Below, piece by piece: positions 33,138 to 44,597 of a stretch of DNA of 64,000 nt. The position numbers were made by a program, and so were the translations under genes. The stretch spans positions 7,715 through 71,714 of the forward strand of contig JBCCYM010000003.1 in assembly GCA_039190005.1 (NCBI GenBank). The letters are read 5' to 3'. The DNA is from Pseudomonadota bacterium (lineage in GTDB: Bacteria; Pseudomonadota; Gammaproteobacteria; UBA12402). Below the pieces are notes generated by a model. The model was not told the origin of the DNA. It made no database searches and worked only from the letters and a program-made list of their open reading frames with translations. Position 1 is the stretch's first letter. Each line of letters starts with the position of its first letter.

Positions 33138-34259
33138 ATGTCTACATTAGAATTAAAAAACCTTAGTAAAAAATATAAGGATACCACCATTATATCCGCG
33201 TTGGATGTATCGGTTAAAAGTGGCGAATTTGTTGTCATTGTCGGACCTTCCGGTTCCGGCAAATCAACCTTGCTGAGAATGGTTGCCGGCCTTGAAGACA
33301 TCAGCGGCGGCGATATTATTTTAAATGGACAACCCATTAGCAAGCTTGAACCCAAAGATAGAGATATCGCCATGATATTTCAAAACTATGCTTTATATCC
33401 GCATATGACTGTGTTTAACAATATGGCCTATGGTTTACGCATGCGTAAATTAGCAAAAACGGAGATCACAAAACGCATCAACCATATTGCCAATATTTTA
33501 GGTTTGGAAAAATTATTGCAACGACTTCCTAGAGATTTATCAGGCGGACAACGACAACGCGTGGCGATGGGGCGGGCACTGGTCAGAAAAGCACAATTAT
33601 TTTTGTTTGATGAACCCTTATCTAACCTTGACGCCAAACTGAGAGTCAAAACCCGTCTGGAAATTAAAAAACTACAAGATGACTTAAAAATAACCAGCTT
33701 GTATGTCACCCATGATCAAGTCGAAGCCATGACTTTGGCGGACCGTATTATCCTGTTGAATAGTGGAAAAATTGAGCAGATCGGCTCACCGCTTGAATTA
33801 TATCTCAACCCTGCCAGTCAGTTTGTAGCTGGATTTATTGGTTCACCAAGTATGAACTTTGTCGACGTCAATTTAGAAAAGCAACACTTGCTTTTGTCAA
33901 ATGGCTCAAAAATTCAGTTAGATTATTTACCTGATACCAATAATACCCAAGTGGTGATGGGTATTAGACCGGAGATGTTAAAAGTTGTCGACCAACAAGA
34001 AGAAAAAAATTTCCCTCATATTTGTTTTACCATTGAATGGGTAGAAGCACTGGGCACGGATAGTTACGCTTATGGTAAATTAAGCGACAGCAATACTTTA
34101 TTCACCGTTAGATTATCGGGCAAATACCGTATCCACCGAGGTGATGTGTTAGATTTATTCATTGATCCAAAGTTTATTTATCTATTTGATAAACAATCTG
34201 GATTGAGAATTTCGCCTGAACTACCGACAACCCTGGGCGTCGATGTGCAAATCGCGTAA
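33138..34259 (+). CDS. ugpC: sn-Glycerol-3-phosphate ABC transporter ATPase
   Basis: Walker A GPSGSGKST, LSGGQRQR, FLFDEPLSNLD; C-terminal TOBE/MalK-like regulatory domain. Confidence 0.85.
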   Translation: MSTLELKNLSKKYKDTTIISALDVSVKSGEFVVIVGPSGSGKSTLLRMVAGLEDISGGDIILNGQPISKLEPKDRDIAMIFQNYALYPHMTVFNNMAYGLRMRKLAKTEITKRINHIANILGLEKLLQRLPRDLSGGQRQRVAMGRALVRKAQLFLFDEPLSNLDAKLRVKTRLEIKKLQDDLKITSLYVTHDQVEAMTLADRIILLNSGKIEQIGSPLELYLNPASQFVAGFIGSPSMNFVDVNLEKQHLLLSNGSKIQLDYLPDTNNTQVVMGIRPEMLKVVDQQEEKNFPHICFTIEWVEALGTDSYAYGKLSDSNTLFTVRLSGKYRIHRGDVLDLFIDPKFIYLFDKQSGLRISPELPTTLGVDVQIA

Positions 34260-34275
34260 TATTATTTATAGCGAT

Positions 34276-34722
34276 TTAACGACCGCTTCCCATTTGTCGC
34301 ATCGGCATTTTATCAACGATCTTAAATACATTCTCAAGCATGGCATCGTCTTCTTTTTGTTGTGCGGGAAACGTGTATTTTAAATGACCATCTTTACCAA
34401 TAAGCGCGATTGAATTAGCAATTTTTTTAGTTAATTTCTGATCAACTGTCACCGTAACCGCCTGTTTGGTCTGAGGAAAAATCTGGTCATACGTGCTGGG
34501 CTTATTTTTATGCTGTCTGAAAACAAGCATCTCTCTATCATTTAACTGTGCCGCATAGTGATGCCAATCTATTGGTTTTTGCGTACTTTGAGACGCGGTT
34601 ACAGATGGTAATAACAAAATACGATGATGCCAGCGAAAGTCCGACAAGGATTTTGATTGCACACTGGCAAAAATAGATACGGGAATAAACACCCCTAACA
34701 AAATTTTGCTTAAAAACTTCAT
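34276..34722 (-). CDS. Periplasmic hypothetical protein (DUF4174-like)
   Basis: Signal peptide; 148 aa; family assignment from memory of RxLLLF-type motif (RILLLPSV), low certainty. Confidence 0.55.
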   Translation of the reverse strand: MKFLSKILLGVFIPVSIFASVQSKSLSDFRWHHRILLLPSVTASQSTQKPIDWHHYAAQLNDREMLVFRQHKNKPSTYDQIFPQTKQAVTVTVDQKLTKKIANSIALIGKDGHLKYTFPAQQKEDDAMLENVFKIVDKMPMRQMGSGR

Positions 34723-34786
34723 AGCTTACCTCATTTATAATTAGAACTATTTCACAAACTATAACACGGCAAACATATATTACAAA

Positions 34787-35779
34787 CTAATGCATTAGCT
34801 CAATTGCCGATAATAACACATCAATACCCGCATTTTTTTGATGGATATGTTCACTTAAATAACGACGCCATTGTTTTCCTTTAGGCACACCACGAAAAAA
34901 CCCCATCAGATGCCGTAGCAGCGACGCTAAAGGGACACCTCGATCAAGCTGGCGCTGAACATAATGACTGTATTGCTGTAATATCTCTACAGCAGTCACT
35001 TGCTTGGTCGAGCAAGCGTAAAAATGCTGATCAATTTCACTTAAAAAATACGGCGCCTGATAGGCTTTACGCCCAATCATCACGCCATCGACATTATGTA
35101 AATGCTGGTGAATGCTGTCATAATCACTAATGCCGCCATTGATAATGATTTCCAAATCCGGAAAATCACGTTTAAGCTGATAAACACGTTGATATTGCAA
35201 TGGTGGAATATCCCGATTTTGTTTCGGACTTAAACCTTGAAGCCAAGCTTTGCGCGCGTGAATAATAAATGTTTCGCAGCCCGTTCGCGCCACTGTCTCA
35301 ATAAATTGATGCAAGGCTTGGTAACTATCCTGATCATCAACGCCAATACGTGTTTTAACCGTCACCGGAATAGCAACCACCGCTCGCATGGCGGCAACAC
35401 AATCCGCCACCAATTGTGGTTCTTTCATCAGGCAAACACCAAAACGACCTGATTGCACACGATCGCTGGGACAACCAATATTCAAATTAATTTCATCATA
35501 ACCGTATTGCTCACCCAGTTTAGCGCAACGCGCTAATTCATCCGCAACACTACCGCCCAATTGTAAAGCGATGGGATGTTCTTCTTGATTAAATGATAAG
35601 AATCTTTCAGGACCAGCATGGCACACGGCTTTAGCAACCACCATCTCACTATAAAGCAACGCGTTCTTAGTCAGCAGACGAAAAAGATAACGGCAATGTT
35701 TATCGGTCCAATCCATCATTGGCGCGATAGAAATTCTACGGTTTATGATTCGTTCACGCTCGCCAGGATCAGACATCAT
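34787..35779 (-). CDS. dusA: tRNA-dihydrouridine(20/20a) synthase DusA
   Basis: Near-collinear with E. coli DusA (SIAPMMDWTDKHCRY, NLNIGCPSDRVQ, FIIHARKAWLQGLSPKQNRDIPPL). Confidence 0.9.
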   Translation of the reverse strand: MMSDPGERERIINRRISIAPMMDWTDKHCRYLFRLLTKNALLYSEMVVAKAVCHAGPERFLSFNQEEHPIALQLGGSVADELARCAKLGEQYGYDEINLNIGCPSDRVQSGRFGVCLMKEPQLVADCVAAMRAVVAIPVTVKTRIGVDDQDSYQALHQFIETVARTGCETFIIHARKAWLQGLSPKQNRDIPPLQYQRVYQLKRDFPDLEIIINGGISDYDSIHQHLHNVDGVMIGRKAYQAPYFLSEIDQHFYACSTKQVTAVEILQQYSHYVQRQLDRGVPLASLLRHLMGFFRGVPKGKQWRRYLSEHIHQKNAGIDVLLSAIELMH

Positions 35780-36942
35780 TTGTCTTCAGTCAGATAGGAA
35801 TAGCGAATTTCTCCCCAAGATTTACAGCTGGGACAGAGCCAATGCATGGTTTTACCGGAAAAACCACAGGCCTCACATTTATAACGTGGATGCTCGGATT
35901 GTAGCTTTTCAGTCACACCATGCAATAATCGCAGCACAGCTTGCTCCGCTGGATTTGCCTTTGTCATTTTTAAAGTAATCAAATAATGTAAACCCAGCAT
36001 TGATGGATGCTTATTGACATAATCCACCAAGGCGTTGACAATCACCTCATCCTGGCACCAATTATTAAATTGCTCGACAATAATCAAAATGATGGGACTC
36101 TGCGGATATTTACGCAAAATTTCATGGATATACTGCTCTAATACGTCTTCCTCACCCAGAGATTGATAGGCTTCGCTCAGTAAAGTAATCACTTCAGATA
36201 TAAAATTGGGATTTTTTTCACCAGCTTGGCGGTAAATACGAATGGCATGTTTATGTCTACCAGAGATATATTCCAACTCGCCAAGCAACAAACTGGCACG
36301 CACACAGTTTTTATCGACAGAAAGCGCTTGTTTTAAATAATTATAGGCGTTATCCGTACTGCCGCTTTCAATATCAATTTCAGCTAACTCGCAATAGTAA
36401 TGCGCGATTTGACGCTGCGTTGATTTGCCGGTTTCAAGCGCGATTTTTTGAGCGGTGTTTATCGCTTTTTCCCATGCTTTTTCTTGTTGATAGATATCCA
36501 ATAAAAAACCTAGACTTCTTGGCGTATAGGCTTTTAATTCAACCAGTTTACTGAATAGTTTTTCAGCGCGGTCAAAAACACCGGCACCAAGATAATCGGT
36601 AGCCAAAGCTAACATTGCCTCGTTACGATCTTCAGCGGTTAAACTCGGACGAGCGATTAAATTTTGATGAATACGGATAGCGCGGTTGACTTCACCTCGA
36701 CGACGGAACAAATTACCCAACGCCAAATGTGTTTCAACCGTATCACTATCAACTTCCAACATTTTTATAAAGTGATCAACGGCTTTATCCGGTTCTTCGT
36801 TTAATAAAAAATTTAAACCTTGCAAATAATCACGCGGCAAAGACTGACGTTGCGTCTTATCATCAGTACGCGAATACTGCAACAGGTATACCAGCAGTAC
36901 ACCAGCAAGTAATCCAACAAATAGCAATAACAACTGTGTCAT
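35776..36942 (-). CDS. lapB: Lipopolysaccharide assembly protein LapB (YciM)
   Basis: N-terminal TM, TPR repeats, C-terminal rubredoxin-like CEACGF...CPSCKSW metal-binding motif. Confidence 0.85.
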   Translation of the reverse strand: MTQLLLLFVGLLAGVLLVYLLQYSRTDDKTQRQSLPRDYLQGLNFLLNEEPDKAVDHFIKMLEVDSDTVETHLALGNLFRRRGEVNRAIRIHQNLIARPSLTAEDRNEAMLALATDYLGAGVFDRAEKLFSKLVELKAYTPRSLGFLLDIYQQEKAWEKAINTAQKIALETGKSTQRQIAHYYCELAEIDIESGSTDNAYNYLKQALSVDKNCVRASLLLGELEYISGRHKHAIRIYRQAGEKNPNFISEVITLLSEAYQSLGEEDVLEQYIHEILRKYPQSPIILIIVEQFNNWCQDEVIVNALVDYVNKHPSMLGLHYLITLKMTKANPAEQAVLRLLHGVTEKLQSEHPRYKCEACGFSGKTMHWLCPSCKSWGEIRYSYLTEDK

Positions 36943-36960
36943 ATGAAATTTTTATAGGGT

Positions 36961-37251
36961 TTAATTTTTATCTTTGATGGGAATGTCTCTTAAATTCTTG
37001 ACTTCCTGTTCAGCGTTTTTTAGCTTTCGTCGCAAACGTCGAATTTTTAAACGTAGTGTAATCACACGAATAAAACCAATACCACCGCCAAGTAATACAC
37101 CTAAAAACAAGCTGATTGCCAAAAGCAATGATAAAGCGACAGTAACATTGCCAAAATAATAATTAAAATCCACGGTTTTGGAATTCAACATGGCAAACAT
37201 CGTGCCGAATACCACAATAACCAAGATAATAATATAACTGATTAGTTTCAC
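36961..37251 (-). CDS. lapA: Lipopolysaccharide assembly protein LapA (YciS)
   Basis: 96 aa, two TM helices plus basic coiled C-terminus; immediately upstream of lapB. Confidence 0.7.
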   Translation of the reverse strand: MKLISYIIILVIVVFGTMFAMLNSKTVDFNYYFGNVTVALSLLLAISLFLGVLLGGGIGFIRVITLRLKIRRLRRKLKNAEQEVKNLRDIPIKDKN

Positions 37252-37393
37252 TTTTTTCTCCTGACTATACTTAATAATAGTTTCTTCGTCATGCCTGTCT
37301 ACACAGCAATGACTGATAAGATATTACCTGATATAAATCGGTGTAATGTAAACTAGTTTAGCATAACTGAATGTTAGCGAAAAGATGAGATAT

Positions 37394-37648
37394 GTGGATT
37401 CCCACACCTTGCCCGCCATTCCTGCACCCCTTCGACAAGCTCAGGGACCGCAGGCTCAGGAACCACGCTTCGTCATGCTCAGGATAAAATCCAGGAGAAA
37501 AATGTGTATGGGTGTGGTTTTAATGTAGCAAGACATATATACACAAACTACCATACTGCTCTCAACAATATCGAGCGTATTGTCGAAAGAAAAAATCTCT
37601 ATGCCTATAGTTTGTTCCCTGGATTCCCGCTTTCGCGGGAATGACGTA
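37394..37648. repeat. Composite roughly 255-bp element: degenerate family A left end, two family B units, internal sequence, family A right end
   Basis: GGATTCCCACAC...CCCCTTCGACAAGCTCAGGGACCGCAGGCTCAGGAACC ... AATCCAGGAGAAAAATGT ... TTCCCTGGATTCCCGCTTTCGCGGGAATGACG; fills the lapA-rpsA intergenic space. Confidence 0.55.
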
Positions 37649-37654
37649 GGGAGA

Positions 37655-39337
37655 TCAGTTCTGCTTTTCTTCTTCTTTAGCTTGTAACAGATCGCCAAGC
37701 GTTGCTTTACCAGCGGCACTCGCGTTTTTACTGATTTCTTTAAGGATTTTCGCGTCAGCCTGCTCAATCGCTTTAATTGAGAGCTGCACTTCTCGGTTAC
37801 GATAATCAAAACCAACAATCTTAGCTTCAATCTCATTACCCACAGCAAATTGCTTAGACAAATCACTTACTTTCTTAGATGATACATCTTCAGCACGCAT
37901 GGTCGCGTGAATATTATCCTCTAAATCGATTTTCAGCACTTTACTTTCAACCGCGGTAATCTTACCTTTGACCAAACTACCTTTATCATGCGCTTGCGTA
38001 TAATCGGTAAATGGGTCTTGATGCAACTGTTTAATACCCAAAGAAATGCGTTCTTGCTCCGCTTCTATCGCTAAAATGACAACCTCGATTTCTTCATTTT
38101 TCTTAAGCTGTCGCATTTTTTTATCCGCTTCAGCCAAATCCCAAGCGACATCAGAACGATGAATTAAACCATCAATACTGCCTTCCAAACCAATGAACAC
38201 ACCAAAATCAGTAATTGATTTGACCACACCATTAAGCTTCTCGCCTTTTTTATGACTGTCGGCAAATTGGGTCCACGGGTTCTCAGAACACTGTTTAATC
38301 CCCAGCGATATACGATGACGATCTTCATCAACTTCAAGCACCATGACTTCAAGTTCTTGATCCAATGACACCAGTTTACTCGGTTGGGCGTTTTTGTTCG
38401 ACCAATCCATTTCTGACATATGTACCAAACCTTCAATACCTTCTTTGAGCTCAATGAAACAACCATAGTCAGTCACATTGGTAACTCGCCCTTTGACGCG
38501 ACTACCTACCGGATAGCTCTCTTTCACACCTTTCCAAGGATCACCGGTAAGTTGTTTAATGCCAAGAGAAACACGATTTTTATCACGATCAATTTTTAAA
38601 ACGGATACTTTAATTTTTTGGTCTTTGTCAATGATATCACTAGGATGTTTAATTCGTCGCCAAGACATGTCCGTAATATGCAATAGACCATCAATACCGC
38701 CCAAATCAATGAAGGCGCCATAATCGGTAAGATTTTTGACAGTACCTTCAACTTCATCCCCTTCTTTGAGGTTTTCCAACAAGTTTGAACGCTCTTCAGA
38801 AATACTCGCTTCTAATACAGCGCGACGCGACAACACAATATTATTGCGTTTGCTATCCATTTTGATTATTTTTAATTCAAATTCTTTATGCTCAAATTCA
38901 CCGGGATCGCGTATTGGTCGCACATCCGCCAAAGAACCGGGTAGAAAACCTTTTAATCCCATGACTTCAACCATAAACCCACCTTTTACTCGAGTGGTGA
39001 CATAACCGTTCACATTGGTTTCAGTATCATAGAGCTCCTGTAGCTCACGCCACGATTCGGCGCGTTTGGCCTTATCACGCGATAAACGTGTTTCACCATA
39101 GCCATCTTCAATCATGTCTAAAGCGACATCAACCTCATCACCGACATTGACTTCTAATTCACCTTTAGCGTTCTCAAACTGTTCACGAGGAATAATACCC
39201 TCAGATTTTAAGCCGGCATTGACAATCACATAATCCTTATCAATTCGGATCACTGTCCCTCTTATAATTGTACCCGGTCTTAAGATTTCATTAGCAAAAC
39301 TTTGTTCTAAAAGTTCGGCAAAATTTTCATTCATCAT
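37655..39337 (-). CDS. rpsA: 30S ribosomal protein S1
   Basis: 560 aa; six S1 domains; N-terminus matches E. coli S1. Confidence 0.95.
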   Translation of the reverse strand: MMNENFAELLEQSFANEILRPGTIIRGTVIRIDKDYVIVNAGLKSEGIIPREQFENAKGELEVNVGDEVDVALDMIEDGYGETRLSRDKAKRAESWRELQELYDTETNVNGYVTTRVKGGFMVEVMGLKGFLPGSLADVRPIRDPGEFEHKEFELKIIKMDSKRNNIVLSRRAVLEASISEERSNLLENLKEGDEVEGTVKNLTDYGAFIDLGGIDGLLHITDMSWRRIKHPSDIIDKDQKIKVSVLKIDRDKNRVSLGIKQLTGDPWKGVKESYPVGSRVKGRVTNVTDYGCFIELKEGIEGLVHMSEMDWSNKNAQPSKLVSLDQELEVMVLEVDEDRHRISLGIKQCSENPWTQFADSHKKGEKLNGVVKSITDFGVFIGLEGSIDGLIHRSDVAWDLAEADKKMRQLKKNEEIEVVILAIEAEQERISLGIKQLHQDPFTDYTQAHDKGSLVKGKITAVESKVLKIDLEDNIHATMRAEDVSSKKVSDLSKQFAVGNEIEAKIVGFDYRNREVQLSIKAIEQADAKILKEISKNASAAGKATLGDLLQAKEEEKQN

Positions 39338-39475
39338 TATTAAAAGATTTCCACATTGTATTTACAGGATCGTAATAATCCCATCTATTCGAGTTTCGAC
39401 AAAAAAATACCTCGCCCGCCGCAAAGCGGAAGCAATAAATTTTTTGGCTAAGGTCTCGAAAATAAAAAAATAAAT

Positions 39476-40189
39476 TTAACCAAAAACAGCCTTTGAACCC
39501 AAGTCAAAACACTGTTTCACCTCTACCATGACAGCAGACAACACTTCATCAATAGAACGATGACTGCTATCAATTTGAACGGCATCTTCAGCCGCGACCA
39601 GTGGCGCGACTTCGCGTTGACAATCGCGCGCGTCACGTCGAGCCAGTTCCCGTTCAATGTCGGCGATTGTACCACCAAAGCCATTATTTTGCAACTGTTT
39701 AAATCGACGTCTTGCCCGTTCTTTACTGTCAGCATATAAAAAAATCTTAAGCTCAGCGTCAGGAAAAACAACCGTGCCCATATCACGCCCATCGGTCACT
39801 AATCCGGGGGCTTGGCGAAAAGCACGCTGCCGATCCAACAACGCCGTTCTTATTTCTTTTATTGCCGATAACTCGGAAGCCAAACCACCTATTGCTTCAC
39901 TGTATAATTTATCGGTAACACATTGATCTTCAAGATATATTGATACAAGACCATTTTCAGCGTCCGTCACAAATTTAAGCGGCAAATGATGCGCGAGCTG
40001 ACAGAGACTAGTAGTATCGCGACGGTCAATTTGATTTAGATTTAAGCGTGCCGCCAACGCCAAAGCGCGATAAATCGCGCCACTGTCGAGATAATGCCAT
40101 CGCAAGCATTTAACCAGTGCTTTAGCAATTGTGCCTTTACCCGACCCCGCTGGTCCATCAATTGTGATTACTGGGGCGCCTTGAATCAT
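39476..40189 (-). CDS. cmk: Cytidylate kinase
   Basis: P-loop [11 protein letters not shown]; conserved cmk-rpsA order. Confidence 0.9.
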   Translation of the reverse strand: MIQGAPVITIDGPAGSGKGTIAKALVKCLRWHYLDSGAIYRALALAARLNLNQIDRRDTTSLCQLAHHLPLKFVTDAENGLVSIYLEDQCVTDKLYSEAIGGLASELSAIKEIRTALLDRQRAFRQAPGLVTDGRDMGTVVFPDAELKIFLYADSKERARRRFKQLQNNGFGGTIADIERELARRDARDCQREVAPLVAAEDAVQIDSSHRSIDEVLSAVMVEVKQCFDLGSKAVFG

Positions 40190-42714
40190 TCAGCATTCTC
40201 AACATCGTAAATTGTTTCCATGCCTACCAGTTTTTCTGGTGCTTTCAGATTTATCAAGCGTACACCTTGAGCGTTGCGTCCAATGGTGGATACCTCATCG
40301 ACTCGAATTCTAACCAATGTCCCGCCATTAGAAATAAGCATCATCTCTTCTTCGCCATTGACCTGCTTAGCCGCTACCAATTTACCGTTACGGTCACTCA
40401 CTTGAATGGCAATTACACCTTGTCCACCACGATTAATGGCTCTAAATTCAGATACTTTGGTACGCTTACCATAGCCATTTTCGGTAGCAGTTAGAATGGC
40501 ATGATTTTCTTGATCTAATAAGACAATGAGAGCGACCACACGATGGGCGCCAGCAAGCTTAATACCTCTGACACCACGAGCGGTACGTCCAGTTGGTCGG
40601 ATGGCTGTTTCACTAAAACGTATCACTTTACCGGCTGTGCTAAATAACATCACATCCTGTTGACCATTGGTAATCTTCACACCCACCAATGTATCGCCTT
40701 CATCAAGATTTAAAGCGATAATACCACTACTTCGCGGACGCGAAAAATGTTCTAAAGCGACTTTCTTAACAACACCACCGGCTGTCGCCATAAACACGTA
40801 ATGATTCTTGTCAAACTCTTTTACCGGCAGAATCGCGTTAATACGTTCGTTTTCGGACAACGGCAATAAGTTAACAATGGGTCGCCCGCGCGACTGTCTT
40901 GAAGCCTGCGGAATTTGATAGGTTTTTAGCCAATAAAGTCGACCATGCGTAGAAAAACACAAAATAGTATCATGGGTATTGGCGACAATCAGTTTTTCAA
41001 CAAAATCTTCATCTTTCATGCTGGTCGCCGACTTCCCTTTACCACCGCGACGTTGTGCCTGATACGTATCCAAGGCCTGCGTTTTAATATAACCTTGATG
41101 TGACAAGGTCACTGCCACATCTTCCTGCGCGATCAGGTCTTCCATATTCAAAATTTCACCACCAGGAATAATCTCGGTGCGGCGTTCATCACCAAATTGC
41201 TGCTTAACTTCTTCTAATTCCTCGCGAATGACCCGCATTAATTTCACTTGGCTTGATAAGATTGCCATCAATTCGGCGATAGTATTCAAAATCGCCTTGT
41301 ATTCTTCAAAAATCTTATCCTGCTCCAAGCCGGTCAAACGGTGCAAACGCAAATCAAGAATCGCCTGTGCTTGTTTAGGTGATAAAAAATATTTATCTTG
41401 TTTTAGACCATAACTGTCATCAACATCTATCGGTCCGGTACGCTGAAGTAAATCTTTGACAATACCTACCGCCCATCCCTGCGCTAACAATTTTTCTTTA
41501 GCTTCAGCTGGATTTTTTGCCGCTTTGATTAGCGCGACAATCGGATCAATATTCACTAAAGCGATGCCTAAGCCTTCTAATAAATGCGCGCGTTGACGCG
41601 CTCGGCGTAATTCAAAATGCGTGCGTCGGGTCACGACTTCACGACGATGACGAATAAACGCTTGTAACATCTGCTTGAGATTAAGCAGCTGTGGTTGCCC
41701 GTCATGCAATGCCACCATGTTAATGCCAAACACTGTTTGCAATTGTGTATTGGTATATAACTGATTCAGCAATACTTCAGCGTTACAGCCTTTGCGCAAG
41801 GCGATCACCATGCGCATCCCGTCTTTATCCGATTCATCACGTAATTCAGAGATGCCATCAATTTTTTTCTCACGCACCAGGTCGGCAATTTTTTCCATCA
41901 ACCGTGCTTTATTGACCTGATAGGGTAGCTCCGTCACAATAATCGCGTCACGACCATTATCGGATGTTTCAATTGTGGTACGCGCGCGGACATAAATACG
42001 TCCACGTCCTGTCTGATAGGCTTGAATAATGCCGGCATTACCATTGATAATGGCGGCTGTGGGAAAATCAGGACCTTGAATGTGGGTCATTAAACCATGT
42101 AAATCCAACTCCGGATTATCAATTAAAGCCAAACAGGCATTGATGACTTCATTGATATTATGCGGCGGAATATTGGTGGCCATACCGACCGCAATACCGG
42201 AAGAACCATTGATAAGCAAATTAGGCACACGGGTCGGCAAGACATCCGGAATCAATTCACTTTCATCATAGTTGGGCGAGAAATCAACTGTTTCTTTTTC
42301 CAGATCAGCCATCAACGCGTGGGCTAATCGCGTCATCCGCACTTCGGTATAACGCATCGCTGCCGGCGAATCACCATCGACTGAACCAAAGTTACCCTGC
42401 CCGTCAACTAACAGATAGCGTAGCGAAAAAGGTTGCGCCATACGCACCAGCGTATCATAAGCAGCTGTATCACTGTGTGGGTGGTATTTACCGACGACAT
42501 CACCGACAATACGCGCTGATTTTTTGTAGGGTTTATTATAATCATTATTGAGCTCACGCATGGCATACAACACGCGACGATGCACAGGTTTTAAACCATC
42601 ACGCACATCCGGCAAAGCACGCCCCACAATTACGCTCATGGCGTAATCGAGATAGGACTGCTTCAGCTCATCTTCAATACTAACGTTAATAATTTCTTGG
42701 GCGATATCGGTCAT
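40186..42714 (-). CDS. gyrA: DNA gyrase subunit A
   Basis: 842 aa; QRDR and catalytic Tyr region (AAMRYTE) collinear with E. coli GyrA; lacks acidic C-terminal tail. Confidence 0.95.
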   Translation of the reverse strand: MTDIAQEIINVSIEDELKQSYLDYAMSVIVGRALPDVRDGLKPVHRRVLYAMRELNNDYNKPYKKSARIVGDVVGKYHPHSDTAAYDTLVRMAQPFSLRYLLVDGQGNFGSVDGDSPAAMRYTEVRMTRLAHALMADLEKETVDFSPNYDESELIPDVLPTRVPNLLINGSSGIAVGMATNIPPHNINEVINACLALIDNPELDLHGLMTHIQGPDFPTAAIINGNAGIIQAYQTGRGRIYVRARTTIETSDNGRDAIIVTELPYQVNKARLMEKIADLVREKKIDGISELRDESDKDGMRMVIALRKGCNAEVLLNQLYTNTQLQTVFGINMVALHDGQPQLLNLKQMLQAFIRHRREVVTRRTHFELRRARQRAHLLEGLGIALVNIDPIVALIKAAKNPAEAKEKLLAQGWAVGIVKDLLQRTGPIDVDDSYGLKQDKYFLSPKQAQAILDLRLHRLTGLEQDKIFEEYKAILNTIAELMAILSSQVKLMRVIREELEEVKQQFGDERRTEIIPGGEILNMEDLIAQEDVAVTLSHQGYIKTQALDTYQAQRRGGKGKSATSMKDEDFVEKLIVANTHDTILCFSTHGRLYWLKTYQIPQASRQSRGRPIVNLLPLSENERINAILPVKEFDKNHYVFMATAGGVVKKVALEHFSRPRSSGIIALNLDEGDTLVGVKITNGQQDVMLFSTAGKVIRFSETAIRPTGRTARGVRGIKLAGAHRVVALIVLLDQENHAILTATENGYGKRTKVSEFRAINRGGQGVIAIQVSDRNGKLVAAKQVNGEEEMMLISNGGTLVRIRVDEVSTIGRNAQGVRLINLKAPEKLVGMETIYDVENAE

Positions 42715-42917
42715 TTGTTAATGTAACTCATTTCTTAGCATAATAGCTGATTATGATACCATAATTCTTTTAACAACTCACCTTAAAATTTATTATTTTG
42801 CAATGAATTATCTGCATAAGTTTGCTGCGAAAAAAGTATCAAAATACATCTATACTATAAGTGAAATCCAATTTGATTTAAGCGCAGAGTATTTTTAGAT
42901 TTAGTGGGAGAATAAAA

Positions 42918-44588
42918 ATGAAATATCAATATTTTTTAGGCATTATTATGGCCACCCTAATTTTTCCACTTACGGTATACAGTACTGTAAATTCCCAATC
43001 AAGCCAAACGGTGATTCCTAGCCTGGATAAAACTATTATTGCTCCAGGTGGCACCACTACAATGACTTTCACAATCACAGGAAACAATAGTGGCGGCACT
43101 ATTAACATTTCAAGCGGCGTTAATTTTACACTGACTACTTCTACCACTAGCACTGTAAATGCAATACTCCAATCATCTGCTTGCACCACAGAAAACCATA
43201 CTGTGACTATACCAAGTGGTTTAGATAGTTGCGCTGTTGATGCGACAGTTTCTGATTCCACTTCCGATGGTACTTATAAATTTAGTTTTTCATCAAGTGA
43301 TTTTACCTTTCCATTAGTCGATAGTTTAACTTTTTCAGTAAGCGGATTGGGTTGGAAACAAATTGCGGTAGGCTATGATAGCACTTGTGGTATAGCAACA
43401 AACGGGAAAACCTATTGTTGGGGCAGTAATCTTCAGGGACAGTTAGGTATTAATAACAATGATAACACTTACCAAAGCACCATACCTGTTGCGGTGGATA
43501 CCGACGTTGAATTTGTACAAATTTCTTCCGGTTTTGGTATCAATTGCGGCGTGACCGCAGATTATGCCGCCTATTGTTGGGGAGCCAACAATTCTGGCGC
43601 GCTCGGAACAGGCAGCATAGGTGGCAATAGCGCTGTCCCCGCACAAGTAACCGGCGGACACAGCTTTAAGCAAATCTCTGTCGGTTATAAATCCACTTGT
43701 GCTGTAACAACGGATAACTATGCCTATTGTTGGGGCAGTAATCTTCAAGGACAGTTGGGTAATACGTCTTATGGTTCATCATCATTAGCAAGTACTGGCA
43801 CACCAGCACAAGTCCTTGATGAAGAAGGAAATCCAATCAGCCTTGCACAAATCTCTATGGGACAATTTTCTGCCTGTGGATTGAATGCTAGTGGTGAGGC
43901 ATATTGTTGGGGGGCTAATAACTTTGGTCAACTTGGTATTGGCAACATAAACGGTGATAGCAATGTAACCTGTACAGAAGAGAAGAATAATAATCAATCA
44001 GTAGAAGTAAGCTGTTTTCCCTATGCTAAGCCTGTTACTACCAATCAAGATGGTGTCGCACTCAACTTTAATAATATAAAAGTGGGGCATCAAACTGCCT
44101 GTGGTGTCGCAAAAACTGATGGTGAAACCTATTGCTGGGGTGATAATGAATATGGGCAACTAGGTAATGGAGAAAGCGGCGCAACTGCTTACAAAAAACA
44201 ACCAACTGCTGTTGAAGGCGGGCAAAAATTCTTAACTGTTTCTGCCGGACATTTAACAACTTGTGCAATTAATACGAATAAAAAAGCGTATTGTTGGGGT
44301 GCTAATGCTGCTGGACAGTTAGGCATTGACACTTACACTGATCCATCACAAGTTTCAACACCCACAGCGGTACAGCATGTTGAGTTATTTAATTCCATTT
44401 TTGAAGGCAGTTATTACACCACCTGTGGTGTTGCTAAAACAGGCCAAGGCTATTGTTGGGGCAGAAATAATGAAGGTCAATTAGGCATTGGTTCAAACGC
44501 CACCGGTGCAACCTGTATTATTGACACTCAGGGTACAACAGGCTTATGTGAAATGTTACCAACTTTAGTTGAAACACCAGCTTCTTAA
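42918..44588 (+). CDS. Secreted RCC1-repeat (beta-propeller) protein with Ser/Thr-rich N-terminal module
   Basis: Signal peptide; at least 7 repeats of the pattern YCWGxNxxGQLG; N-terminal module resembles those of the 1180-aa lipoprotein. Confidence 0.8.
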   Translation: MKYQYFLGIIMATLIFPLTVYSTVNSQSSQTVIPSLDKTIIAPGGTTTMTFTITGNNSGGTINISSGVNFTLTTSTTSTVNAILQSSACTTENHTVTIPSGLDSCAVDATVSDSTSDGTYKFSFSSSDFTFPLVDSLTFSVSGLGWKQIAVGYDSTCGIATNGKTYCWGSNLQGQLGINNNDNTYQSTIPVAVDTDVEFVQISSGFGINCGVTADYAAYCWGANNSGALGTGSIGGNSAVPAQVTGGHSFKQISVGYKSTCAVTTDNYAYCWGSNLQGQLGNTSYGSSSLASTGTPAQVLDEEGNPISLAQISMGQFSACGLNASGEAYCWGANNFGQLGIGNINGDSNVTCTEEKNNNQSVEVSCFPYAKPVTTNQDGVALNFNNIKVGHQTACGVAKTDGETYCWGDNEYGQLGNGESGATAYKKQPTAVEGGQKFLTVSAGHLTTCAINTNKKAYCWGANAAGQLGIDTYTDPSQVSTPTAVQHVELFNSIFEGSYYTTCGVAKTGQGYCWGRNNEGQLGIGSNATGATCIIDTQGTTGLCEMLPTLVETPAS

Positions 44589-44597
44589 TTCAATGGC

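Noticed and set aside
37456-37866. 136-aa minus-strand ORF overlapping the rpsA 3' end and the composite repeat
   Set aside because: It overlaps the well-supported rpsA in another frame and extends into repeats, so it is spurious.
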